Positions 22,576-31,669 of a DNA stretch of 64,000 bases are shown here, piece after piece. The stretch spans positions 488,066 to 552,065 of the forward strand of contig CAVPPL010000012.1 of the NCBI GenBank assembly GCA_963707295.1, written 5' to 3'. The stretch is from an uncultured Planctomycetia bacterium. GTDB taxonomy: Bacteria > Planctomycetota > Planctomycetia > Pirellulales > Thermoguttaceae. The notes beneath the pieces were generated by a model, which saw only the letters and a program-made list of their open reading frames with translations, had not been told where the DNA came from and made no database searches. The translations under genes and the position numbers were made by a program. Numbering within the stretch: position 1 is the stretch's first letter; every line of letters begins with the position of its first letter.

Positions 22576-24282
22576 GGGTGTACGTCAGCTTTTGCGCGGT
22601 CCGGGGAGAAGCAAGAAACGTCAATAGGAGTTTTTGCGGTTTATCGGTTAAACTGGGTGGCCTGAAGGGACGTAGGAAGGATTTTCATGGACCAGGAGTG
22701 ATTGTCATGGACGACAAGGGGCAGATTTTGAAGGAGAAGCTGGAGCGATTATTCCACGAAGCAGCCGACATTGCCGTCGAGCTTCAGTGGCCAGAAGGGC
22801 AATTGGGAAAGCCGATTCACTTCAGCCAAATCGAGGCCGCGGCGCACGATGTCGGGGTCCAACTGAGCCGCCGCATTCAACAGCAAGCGGCACGCGAGGT
22901 GGCGGCCAGTTCGCCTGCCGCCGCCCCCTGCCCCAAGTGCGGAACATCCTGTGGCCTGAAAGTCGTGAGTCGTATGATCAACTCGACGGATGGGCCGATC
23001 GAGATCAGCGAACCCAAGGGCTATTGCACCCGCTGTCGGCGGGCTTTTTTTCCCTCAGCGTGAAGCCTTGGGACTGGACTCGCGGGAATGCACGCCCGCA
23101 TTGACGCAGAGGATGGTCTACGCTGGCAGCGAGGCGACGTTGTTTGATTGCGCGGCGGTGCTGTTGAAGCAGTTGGGCGGCAATGAAGTTTCGGCGAAAA
23201 CCATCGAACGCGTCACGATGGCTGTTGGCAACGAACTGACCGAACTGCGCGACGCGGAAGCAGCCGACAACTTGCCGACGTGTCCGACGGTGGAGGCGCC
23301 GCCGACATTGGCCGTAGTGCAGTGCGACGGAGGCCGCGTGCAAACGCGCAGCGAAGGCTGTGGAGCGGGAGTGCATGAGCAGCAATGGCGCGAGACGAAG
23401 AACGCCGGCCTGTGGCGAATGACGCATCAGACGTTTGACCAAGATCCTCAACCCGAACTTCCCTCGGCCTTCGGCGATCCGGAAAAAGTGGCGCAATTGG
23501 CCGGAAAAGAGCCGCTTTCTCTGGCTGCTCTGCCCCAGGAAGCGGTGCTCGACAACGCATCGTGCCCTGTGGATTGGCGTCCTCAACGCATCGCTCGGAC
23601 GTGTCTGAGCAGCATGGTCGCCTCGCACGAGTTCGGTGGACAGATGGAGCGCGAAGCGAGTCGCCGCCGCTTCTTCGAAGCCGCTGCACGTGCGTTTCTC
23701 GGCGACGGCTTGGCCTGGAACTGGTCGATCCAGCAGGCGCATTTTCCGGACTTCATTCCCATCCTGGATTTTGTCCATCCGCTGGAGTACCTTTACACGG
23801 CGGCATCGGTCCTGGCGGGCGAGGCGCAACCAATTTGGAAGTGCTACCTCGGCATGGCACAAGCCTGTTGGCAGGGCCGTGTTGACGAGGTAACTTCGGC
23901 GCTGCGGAAATGGCTTGCCGACGAGGGCATTGACGCCGAGCACCCGCTGGCCGAAGATGATTCACGTCAGGCAGTGGCCGTGGCTCTGCGCTATCTGGCG
24001 AACAACCGGGAGCGCATGGACTATCCGCGTTATCGGCGGCTTGGCCTGCCGGTGACCAGCGCCTTGATGGAGTCTCTGGTCAAAGAGGTCAACTATCGGG
24101 TGAAAGGGACGGAAAAGTTCTGGAACGATCCCAGCGGAGCCGAGGCGATTCTCCAAATCCTGCGCCGCGGCCTTGTGCGACGATGACCGCCTCGCACGTT
24201 ACCTTGCCCACCGTCCGGGGTGTTCCTACTACCGCCGCTCCACCGCCGCTGCACTTTGACTTACAAAAGCTGACATGCACCC
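22576..24282 (+). mobile_element. complete IS element (1707 bp), ISKra4-like, with a 9-bp target-site duplication
   Basis: The left inverted repeat at 22576-22596 (gggtgtacgtcagcttttgcg) matches the reverse complement of 24263-24282 (gggtgcatgtcagcttttgt). An identical AATTTGGCT lies immediately outside both ends (22567-22575 and 24283-24291). Confidence 0.85.
22707..24259 (+). CDS. ISKra4-family-like transposase, 2 frameshifts as written
   Basis: ATG at 22707 follows AGGAG. CPKCGTSC...GYCTRCRRAFFPQREALGLD...VSAKTIERVT is the ISKra4-like N-terminus, and LMESLVKEVNYRVKGTEKFW is near the C-terminus. The frame breaks in the T7 run at 23045-23051 and again near 24160. The corrected frame would stop at 24257-24259, 4 nt before the right inverted repeat. 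Confidence 0.75.
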
Positions 24283-24305
24283 AATTTGGCTTTTCAGCTT
24301 CAACA

Positions 24306-25949
24306 TCAAGCGAACTTCACTCGTCGGGCAGTCAATACCTCTTCGGCAGCACGGAGTCCGTGATAGAACGCTTCTTCCATCAAAGCCACGCCGCTCAAAT
24401 CGGTATGAGCGAAGTGAACGCCGTGAAAAACTTGCGCGGCCTGGCGGCGAGCCTCGCTCCAAATGAAACCTGGCCGCGGACGAATCATTGCATGACCCCA
24501 CCGCATGATATCCAATCGCTGTACAAGCCGTTCTAGTTCCGGATGGGCTCGCCCGAGATCGGTTAATGCTAGCGTCGCACAGTCGTCCCAATTCATGTTC
24601 AATAGCTCCTCTCGCGCCTCCCACGGCGCGTCGCTTGCAAAAGCATGATAATACGTGAGCACGGTTGGGCCGTAGTCCGCGCCGGTCTGATGCGTCGCCA
24701 CCACGTAGCCCAGCGAAGGGCTTTCGTAAAGCACGTTGTCCCATGCCAACGGAAACCCGAGGCCGCCGGGCCGATCGCGAAGGAACAAGTTCGCCACCAT
24801 CCAGGGCGCGTATTGGAATTCCTCGATGTGCTTCGGCGGCGCGCGGCGATAATCGCGGATGACGTTTTTCGCGATAAACTGCGGCGCGGCGAAGATGACC
24901 TGATCGGCGTACAGTCCGCGAACGTGCTCGCCGGAGGCATCGAGCATGACGACATCGGCGCCGTTTTCATGTGGAATGATCTCCGCCACGAGCCAGCCCA
25001 GGCGGACGCGCTGCTTGATCCGCTCGTACAAGTGAGAGACGATGCGGCCGTTGCCTTCGGGCCAGGTGATCAGCGGCTGCGACTTCATGCCGGGCCGGCG
25101 GATTCGCGCGGCAAAGTAGAACACTCCCGCCCAGGCGCTGGTCTGGTCGCACATCGTGCCGTAGTCATCGCGGCAGCAATAATCGACCAGCCACCGCAGT
25201 CGCGGCGAGGTCCAGCCGTGCCGATCGAGCCATTGGCTCATGTTGATCTTGTCCAGCGCGGTCACTTCCGCGTCGTCGGAGCCGGCGGCCACGGGCAGCG
25301 CGAAGGCCCGGCGGCCGCGGCCGTCGCGCCAGCCGGCCCAACGGTCCATTTCGGCCTGGAACGCATGAAGCTGGGCCAGATCGTCGGCCGTCGCGCCGGC
25401 GTAGAGATAAAGCCCTTCGTACCAGCGGCCCTTGTAGAAGACCCGCTCTTGGGGATCGCGGCAGAGGAACTGCTCGGCGACGATCGGCTCTCCCTCGGCG
25501 TCGCGGCCTTCGAGGACGCCCATTTCGTCCAAGAGCGCGACGAGGTCCGCGTTCTCCTTCATTGGCACCGGCACATAATGCGCGGCCCAAGGGAAAGCCG
25601 TGATCTCGGACGTGCCGCTGGTGGACGTTCCGCCCGGCCGCGGTTCCATTTCAATGAGCGTGAAGTCGTGGCAGCCGGCCTTTTGCAGCCGCCAGGCGGC
25701 TGCCAGTCCGGCGATTCCGCCGCCGACGATGACGACACCGCTCGGCTCCCAAGCGTCGTCCGGCGGACTGGGCCGCTCTTTCTTCCAAAGGCGGTGGCCA
25801 AGTTTTTGCGACAGGCCCACGATCCGGCCATCAAACTGCGGCGGCTTGCTCGCGCCACGACAGCCGCCCAGCAGCGCCGGAACGCCGAGCATGGCGGCAA
25901 GCATCTGGCGGCGGTCGAAGGCGGACGCTTTGTTGTGGGAGTCGCTCAT
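24306..25949 (-). CDS. FAD/NAD(P)-binding oxidoreductase (amine-oxidase/desaturase-like) with Tat-lipoprotein-type signal
   Basis: SAFDRRQMLAAMLGVPALLGGC is a twin-arginine motif plus lipobox. VVIVGGGIAGLAAAWRL is a dinucleotide-binding fold. The ORF is intact, and the ATG at 25949 was chosen over upstream alternatives. Confidence 0.75.
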   Translation of the reverse strand: MSDSHNKASAFDRRQMLAAMLGVPALLGGCRGASKPPQFDGRIVGLSQKLGHRLWKKERPSPPDDAWEPSGVVIVGGGIAGLAAAWRLQKAGCHDFTLIEMEPRPGGTSTSGTSEITAFPWAAHYVPVPMKENADLVALLDEMGVLEGRDAEGEPIVAEQFLCRDPQERVFYKGRWYEGLYLYAGATADDLAQLHAFQAEMDRWAGWRDGRGRRAFALPVAAGSDDAEVTALDKINMSQWLDRHGWTSPRLRWLVDYCCRDDYGTMCDQTSAWAGVFYFAARIRRPGMKSQPLITWPEGNGRIVSHLYERIKQRVRLGWLVAEIIPHENGADVVMLDASGEHVRGLYADQVIFAAPQFIAKNVIRDYRRAPPKHIEEFQYAPWMVANLFLRDRPGGLGFPLAWDNVLYESPSLGYVVATHQTGADYGPTVLTYYHAFASDAPWEAREELLNMNWDDCATLALTDLGRAHPELERLVQRLDIMRWGHAMIRPRPGFIWSEARRQAAQVFHGVHFAHTDLSGVALMEEAFYHGLRAAEEVLTARRVKFA

Positions 25950-26182
25950 GGGCTTGTATCTTCTTTTGAGTGTCATGACTTTATCCGCTGACTTCTCGAC
26001 TCGCAATCGGAGGAGATCAGACAGTGTGGCGGCAGGTTACGCAGTCTGCGTAGCGATCCCGATTCATTCGTCTTCCATGCTGGCGGAGGGTTGTTGCCAG
26101 CCTTGGCGTCTCGCCGTGGGCTTTTCGGTCGCGACATTCCGCTCGAAAAAACTTTGCGCAGTGCCAGATTTGGCACTTTTGT

Positions 26183-26227
26183 CACCGGTTTGACGCTGTT
26201 TGGCACCGGTTTGGCGTCGTTTGGCAC
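26183..26227. repeat. 21-nt tandem repeat (caccggtttgRcgYYgtttgg), about 2.1 copies
   Basis: Read directly: caccggtttgacgctgtttgg caccggtttggcgtcgtttgg cac. Another tttggcac lies just upstream at 26168-26176. Confidence 0.6.
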
Positions 26228-26348
26228 GATCGCAAGCTTGGGCGGACCCCCGTTTTTCCGCGGGGAAACTGCATGTGTGGCACGAAATGTCCCACTTTGG
26301 CTCGCTTTTCGCGCGGGCCGACGATCGGGTGCGCAGGCTCGACAAAGT

Positions 26349-26508
26349 CTCGCGCAAAGCGCAAAGCTCGCAAAGGAATTGGGCGCGCAAGGGAACGAAG
26401 CCTCCGACTCGCGTGACAAACGAACGGCTTGCGCGTTGGTGGGTATGTGGTTCATCGCTTCAAACTACTCTTTTCTACCTTTGCGAGCTTTGCGCCTTTG
26501 CGTGCGAC
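26349..26508. repeat. REP family 4: inverted pair of gcaaag-rich arms (ctcgcgcaaagcgcaaagctcgcaaagg / cctttgcgagctttgcgcctttgcgtgcgac)
   Basis: The arms at 26349-26378 and 26478-26508 are mutually complementary. A related pair is at 56172-56321. Confidence 0.6.
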
Positions 26509-26854
26509 ATTTTGCAGCGACGGCCGCTGGCGCACAGGTTGTCGTTTTGGCCGGCATTTTTTCTTCGCGTTTGGGAATACACGGTTTTCGGCTGCATTCT
26601 TGGGGTTTTCCAAGGCAGGATGGGAGTAGGACGGCAGCAGGATGCAAGTAGAACACAAGCAGAACGCGAGTAGGACCGTAATAGGGTGCGAGTAGGAATA
26701 CATCTTGTGGGTTGTCCGAGGGTGGCGTCAGCAACGTGTTGGAACACTAATTACCGCTAATCATCACTAATGGAATGTCCTATCATCGTTAATCAGTGTT
26801 AATTAGCGTTCCCTCCTTTCCGTATATGCTTGTTCGGCGTTGGGGAAAATGCAG

Positions 26855-26965
26855 GAAAACCACGAAATACACGAATCACACGAAAGCCGGACGGAGCCAC
26901 GGATGAGACACGGACGGGACGCGGAAACGATCCGTGTTTGATCTGTGTTCCATCCCTGGCTAAAT
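26855..26965. repeat. REP family 5: cacgaa/cacgga-rich element ending in the hairpin acggatc/gatccgt
   Basis: ccacgaaatacacgaatcacacgaaagccggacggagccacggatgagacacggacgggacgcggaaacgatccgtgtttgatctgtgttcc shows internal short direct repeats. I recognise this as a common intergenic repeat type in Planctomycetota/Verrucomicrobiota (from memory, not searched). Confidence 0.5.
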
Positions 26966-27968
26966 CTCTCTTATCCCTGATCCTTCATCCCTTTCCTCTA
27001 TCCACTATTCACTGATTACTAGCCACTGTTTCGCGCCAGTATAACACAGATATTATCTCATGTCAACAGTTGTTTGATTTGGCGAATACAAAACGGTCGT
27101 AACCTGTTGGCGGACTTGGACTTGCGCCGCCGTTTGGTTGATTGCGCTCGGCCCCCGCGCACGGGTGGTGGCTAGGGATTGCATCGACGTAAACTATTGC
27201 CGTATAAGGGGTTCGGCGTCTGCCGGGAATTTCAACGGTCCGCGCCGAGCAAATCGGCGGAAGGAAGATTTTTTCCCCCGCCGTCACGATGCTTGTCCTG
27301 AGCCCCTCCGGGCCTGTCACGGGACAAGTCCGGCGGCGGCGTTTACATCTTGTCTCGCTACGATTTCCTGCCTGTCCCCGTTTGACCAGACCGAGGGCGA
27401 GCGGCTGCTCCGGCGGCTGACCGCGCGGGACTTCCCCACGCGCCTGCTTCGGCAGCGGTAAGGCTATCATCGGCGACGCCGCGCGGATGTTCCGCCGGCG
27501 GTGGCCGGTGCGAAGTGCCCCAGACGCCGAACCAGGCGCTGCACCTGGCCGCGGCCGCAGGTAACGATTTCGGACTTGAGGGCGATCAGGGGTGATCCAC
27601 TGACCGGACCCTAAAAGTCGAGTATATGCGCAAGCGACGTATGTGCAAACGCCGTTGCCGGGCGTGCCGCGAGAATTGACATTTAAGGTCCTGGCCCTGC
27701 TGACCGCGTCGCCAACCCGGCGCTGGGATTGTGGGCGCATCGGGATCGGCTTCAGTAGCTTCCATGTGCCGAGTGGGAAAATGTCGGCACCTCGCGATTG
27801 ATTCGAGCGTACGGGTGCTGTCCGGCGCAACGGACCTTCGCCTTTACTGGCGTGGGCCGCTGCGACAAGTGGAGCAGGGAATACGAGGGCAGCTTGGCAA
27901 AATGACTTTTTGGATTCCGAGGTTGAAATCGTTGGTGGCTACGATGTGGGGGTTGCGAATTGCCGAGT

Positions 27969-28392
27969 TCACTCGTAAATGTCGCCGCTTTTGGCTACTG
28001 GGTCCCAGCGAACCTGAGCCGTCGCATCGACAAGCTGATCCATCCCGAGGATTTCGCTGCCATAGTTGTTGGGTTTGACTCCCACATCGAGACTATTTTT
28101 CGTCTCAGTTCGCGCTAGGCCCGTGGAGGCCAGCACAGTAAAAACAACGGTCAGGCCGGATTTCATGACGAATGCCGGCACCGCCGGTTGTCGCCGACGC
28201 CGAAGCGCCCGTGGCGACGAGATCAAATTGATCGCCAATTTGTTTGGTAACTACGGAAACGGTTGCTCCAGTATCCACAAGCCACTCAACCTTCGCACTG
28301 TTGGGCTTGCCATGATGCGTCCCTTCAGCGCTCCCGTCCTGGAAAGGCCGTGGATCGCTACTGCTTGACGTTGATGCTTTGAGATTCCCCAT
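27969..28392 (-). CDS. retropepsin-like (clan AA) aspartic protease, one frameshift
   Basis: VEWLVDTGATVSVVTKQIGDQFDL contains the DTGA active-site motif (ORF 28105..28392). The C-terminal half continues in ORF 27969..28238 (MKSGLTVVFTV...NNYGSEILGMDQL). The frame change is near 28165. Confidence 0.7.
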
Positions 28393-28404
28393 GCTGCATC
28401 ACGT

Positions 28405-28668
28405 TCAAAAAAGGTCGAAGCCGACCGGTTCAAAGTAGACAATGCCACCTTTTCGACGGGCCTGGTTCAAAACCACTTGTACGGTGACGCCTGCCACAAG
28501 CTGCCCCTTCACATAGCCAACAACTTGGTACCGATAGGCCTCCCGGATATGGTCTTGATTGGCAACAAAAAGCTCCTTTTGATCCAGAAGCTCGGCGCGC
28601 TGGTCGGCACTCATCCGCTCAGCCAGAACCTCGTCATTAAGCCAATTCTGGAAATCCGTGTCGCTCAT
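28405..28668 (-). CDS. hypothetical small protein upstream of the retropepsin gene
   Basis: Intact 87-aa ORF lying 12 nt upstream of the protease gene. A small partner followed by a clan AA protease is a recurring arrangement. Confidence 0.5.
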   Translation of the reverse strand: MSDTDFQNWLNDEVLAERMSADQRAELLDQKELFVANQDHIREAYRYQVVGYVKGQLVAGVTVQVVLNQARRKGGIVYFEPVGFDLF

Positions 28669-28782
28669 TTCCCCTGCCTAACCTGATCGCCTGCCCTCTT
28701 ATTGCTATCACACGCAATCGATGATATTATATCTTCCTCCGCGGCACGGGGCAACACGTTTGCTTTTTGCGTACAAGATGCC

Positions 28783-31165
28783 ATGGCAGCAGATATTTCT
28801 TCGGTTGTGAATGCCTTGCAATCTTCCACCTTGATCCACTCGGTGGCCGGAGAACCCCGGGGGATAGCGTGGTTGATTGGCGACGACCTCTTGGTCACTT
28901 CGGCGGAGTCGGTGCGCCCTGCGCAAATCGGGCGATGAAGTCACGCTAAGTTTTAACCGCGTGGATATCTTCAACGCAATCATCGATGATATCGAGCCGA
29001 GCGGGCTGGACCTGGCAGTCCTTCGCCTTAGGGAAATGCCAGCCAGTCTGGTTCCGCTCCGAACCCACGGGCAGAAGAGATTCGACGGTCCCTATTTGAT
29101 CGGGCAGGTGACAGATTTTGATGACCTTGCACAGCCAATCCTGGATAAATTGAGGGTGCAGGTGCAAGGGTCAGGCCTGCTTCTCTGCAATTGGGACTTG
29201 CAAATTCCCAAATTCAAACTGCCACTGGTTGGTTCCCCCATATTCAACAGCAAGAATCTTGCGATTGGCATGTACTTGGCTGGTGACCGTGTTCTGTCCA
29301 TGCGGGACATTTTGAGCGTGAAGCAGTTGGCTGCTGCCCAGGCGAGACCTCCTCGCACATTGGAAGAGGTTATTGCACCCGTTGCTACGCCTGGCATGGC
29401 GGAAGAGGTTGTTGCACCCGTTCCGCAAGCTTTGGCGTCACCGTTCCACCATCCTTTTGCTGTGTTTAAACGCGTTAACGCAACTGGTCAAGTGGAGATA
29501 ATTCCTTCTGGGAACGCACTAACCGCCGAGGGTTCGCTTCAGTTCGTCTTCGGATTTGGCCAGGCGACGAAGGGAATTCCGTTTGCAGGCAAGGAACCGC
29601 TCCTGACTAAGCCGGCCGACCTACCGTATCCGATCACGCTCCTGGTTGACATTTGGTCGGAAGAGCTAAAATTTCCTGAGACGAACAAGCAATTGACGTT
29701 GGCCGACGGCAGCTCCGAAGCTGAAGTAACCTTTCCGCTGGTTGAATGCGGTGCCTTTGCTGTGGGCAAAGAGCAAGGCAGTGTCTTTGTCTTTGTACGC
29801 CATCCAAGCAAGGATGCGGAAGGAAATCCGGGCACGCACTTGATCGGAGTTTTCCGGGTGTCTGTGGCTCTAAGCGAGCCGGCGCCGATTCAACAATCGA
29901 TTGAGTACGCCTATCTGGACAATCGTTGGTTTCGTTTCGCCAAGGAGGAGCTTACCGCGCCGGCATGCACGATTTATTTCAGATCCCGGGAGGGGCATGT
30001 GCGAGTTTTCGCTTTTTCCCGCGAGGGTTCGCAACGAATGTGGGCGATGCGAGGCATGAGCGTGGAAGCGATCCGTAAGGCCACTTTGGGCGTCTATCGT
30101 GTCGTTACCCAGAGAGCAATGGTTTTTGACGCCGAGCCACCGGCTTATCCAGACCTCACTGACGAGGAGCTTAATAGGCGAAAGTCGGAGTTTGAGCAGG
30201 CGCAACGAGTCGCTGACCGGGACACGGCGAAAGTGCTTGCCGAACATGGCAACCAACTTTTTTCCGATTTGTTGTTCTGTGACGGCCCGGCTCCGCGTGC
30301 GTTTGCCGAACTCCTGAACAAACTGCCGGAGGGGTCCCAGGTCACTATCGCTGCCGATGTCGGTAGCGACCAGGTAATCCTGCCCTGGGGATTTGTTTAC
30401 GATGCCCTTGACGCGGCGGACGTCGACAGAAACAGGTTCTGGGGACGCCGTTTCAAGTTAGCCATCCGTCCGAGCCTGCATCCGCAAACGGTGGCTGCGA
30501 AACCGCGGAACTCCAAGGAACTGGTCATGGGCAGCATCTACGAGTTACCGGAGGCCGACGGCGTCAGCCGCTACGCCTCGGATTTGTTACAGACGAAACG
30601 AATCGCTAGGCTGGAGCCCGTTGAAATAAAAGATGAATGGTTGCCGGGACTGGAGAAGCAGCCGTTTGATTTGCTCCATTTTCTTTGTCACGGACATACT
30701 CAGTTCTCCGACGTGCTTCTGGCCAACGCTATTCAGCACGTCGTACACGGCGGCCGTTTGCTATATGTCAACGTGGAAACGGGTTCCTTCCTGCGCACAC
30801 GTGGGGACATGGCAACGCTCGCTAGGCTGCAAATAAAACTTCGGACCTTGGACAGCGCCTCAATCGTGCTGCTGAGCATGTGCCATTCGGCACAGGTTTC
30901 CAGTTCCGAATCCAGCTTTGTGCTTTACTTTCTGGAGTGCGGAGCCTGCGCCGTGGTCGGCACCGAAGGGCCCAACCCGTTCGTACTTGCCAATGACATG
31001 GACCGACATATCCTCGAACGGTTGGTGTCGACGAATTGTGACTTAAGTACTGCGGTATGGGAGGCACGCAAAACCAAGATCGAGGATAACATTCTCGCAT
31101 TGATTTACACTGTCTACGGTGACGGCCATGCCACGCTGCCGGCGCCGCTCCCAGGGCGTGGCTAG
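28783..31165 (+). CDS. multidomain protease: N-terminal trypsin-fold domain (degenerate triad), central unknown domain, C-terminal CHAT (caspase-like) domain. One frameshift.
   Basis: The N-terminus (ATG at 28783 in ORF 28702..28938) reads GIAWLIGDDLLVTSAESV...GDEVTLSF...GLDLAVLRL...LPLVGSPIFNSKNLAIGMY, which follows the PF13365-like trypsin pattern. The frame changes near 28931 into ORF 28877..31165. The C-terminus FDLLHFLCHGHTQ...IVLLSMCHSAQV...FLECGACAVVGTEGP carries the CHAT His/Cys dyad context. G+C is visibly lower than in the flanks. Confidence 0.75.
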
Positions 31166-31183
31166 CTTGCAAAGGAGACAATC

Positions 31184-31669
31184 ATGGCTCTTGATCAAGA
31201 ACTGGGGCTACAGATGCTGGACTTCGCCAATAAAATGGACGAGGACGCCCTTCTGGCTGAACTTGGGCAACGGGTCGAAACCTTGAAAAAGGAACCCGCC
31301 ACGAAATCGCAACTTTCGACGCTATCGGCCGTCATGCCGCTGGCGCCTCAACCGACGGCAGGCCCATGGCTGGATGCAGTTGTGAATATGGGCAAGACTT
31401 TCCTGAGTCGATTCAACAGGGACCTATACCGCCTGATGTGCGACAAAAGCGATCCGGACAATAAGGAGATTCGCGATGCCTTCGCTACGGGAGAAGTGGC
31501 TGCGTCAACATACGTAGCCGGGTTGCTGGTGTCTACGTTTGCCTGGTTGCCGGCCATTGTGGCGATCGTGGGCGGCCTGATAATTCGCCGCTTCATTAAG
31601 TCGGCTGCTAACGAAACATATGATCAGATCTGCACGACGTGGGGTAAGGAACTCGGTATCGTCAAATAG
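31184..31669 (+). CDS. hypothetical small protein with a C-terminal transmembrane helix (161 aa)
   Basis: ATG lies 19 nt after the CHAT gene stop and is preceded by AAGGAG. A soluble ~110-aa N-terminal part is followed by VAASTYVAGLLVSTFAWLPAIVAIVGGLIIRRFI. No recognisable family. Confidence 0.6.
   Translation: MALDQELGLQMLDFANKMDEDALLAELGQRVETLKKEPATKSQLSTLSAVMPLAPQPTAGPWLDAVVNMGKTFLSRFNRDLYRLMCDKSDPDNKEIRDAFATGEVAASTYVAGLLVSTFAWLPAIVAIVGGLIIRRFIKSAANETYDQICTTWGKELGIVK

Noticed and set aside
26165-26230. Repeated TGGCAC motifs as sigma-54 (-24) promoter elements
   Set aside because: No copy has a properly spaced TTGC(A/T) -12 element (TGGCAC-N5-TTGC), and no gene lies downstream in either direction within ~1 kb. 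It is reported only as a tandem repeat.
27063-27830. 255-aa ORF on the minus strand in the large gap
   Set aside because: It is very Arg/Pro/Gly-rich with low complexity, and has no RBS, no motif and no hydrophobic-core periodicity. This is typical of a chance open frame in G+C-rich DNA.
27063-27968. tmRNA, RNase P RNA, a group II intron or a tRNA in the unexplained gap. tRNA-like T-arm strings were also sought elsewhere in the window.
   Set aside because: I could not find the diagnostic strings by eye on either strand (GGUUCGAnUCC T-loops with acceptor pairing, GAGGAAAGUCC of RNase P, an ANDxxALAA-type tag ORF, a domain V-like hairpin). The region is left as unexplained rather than named.
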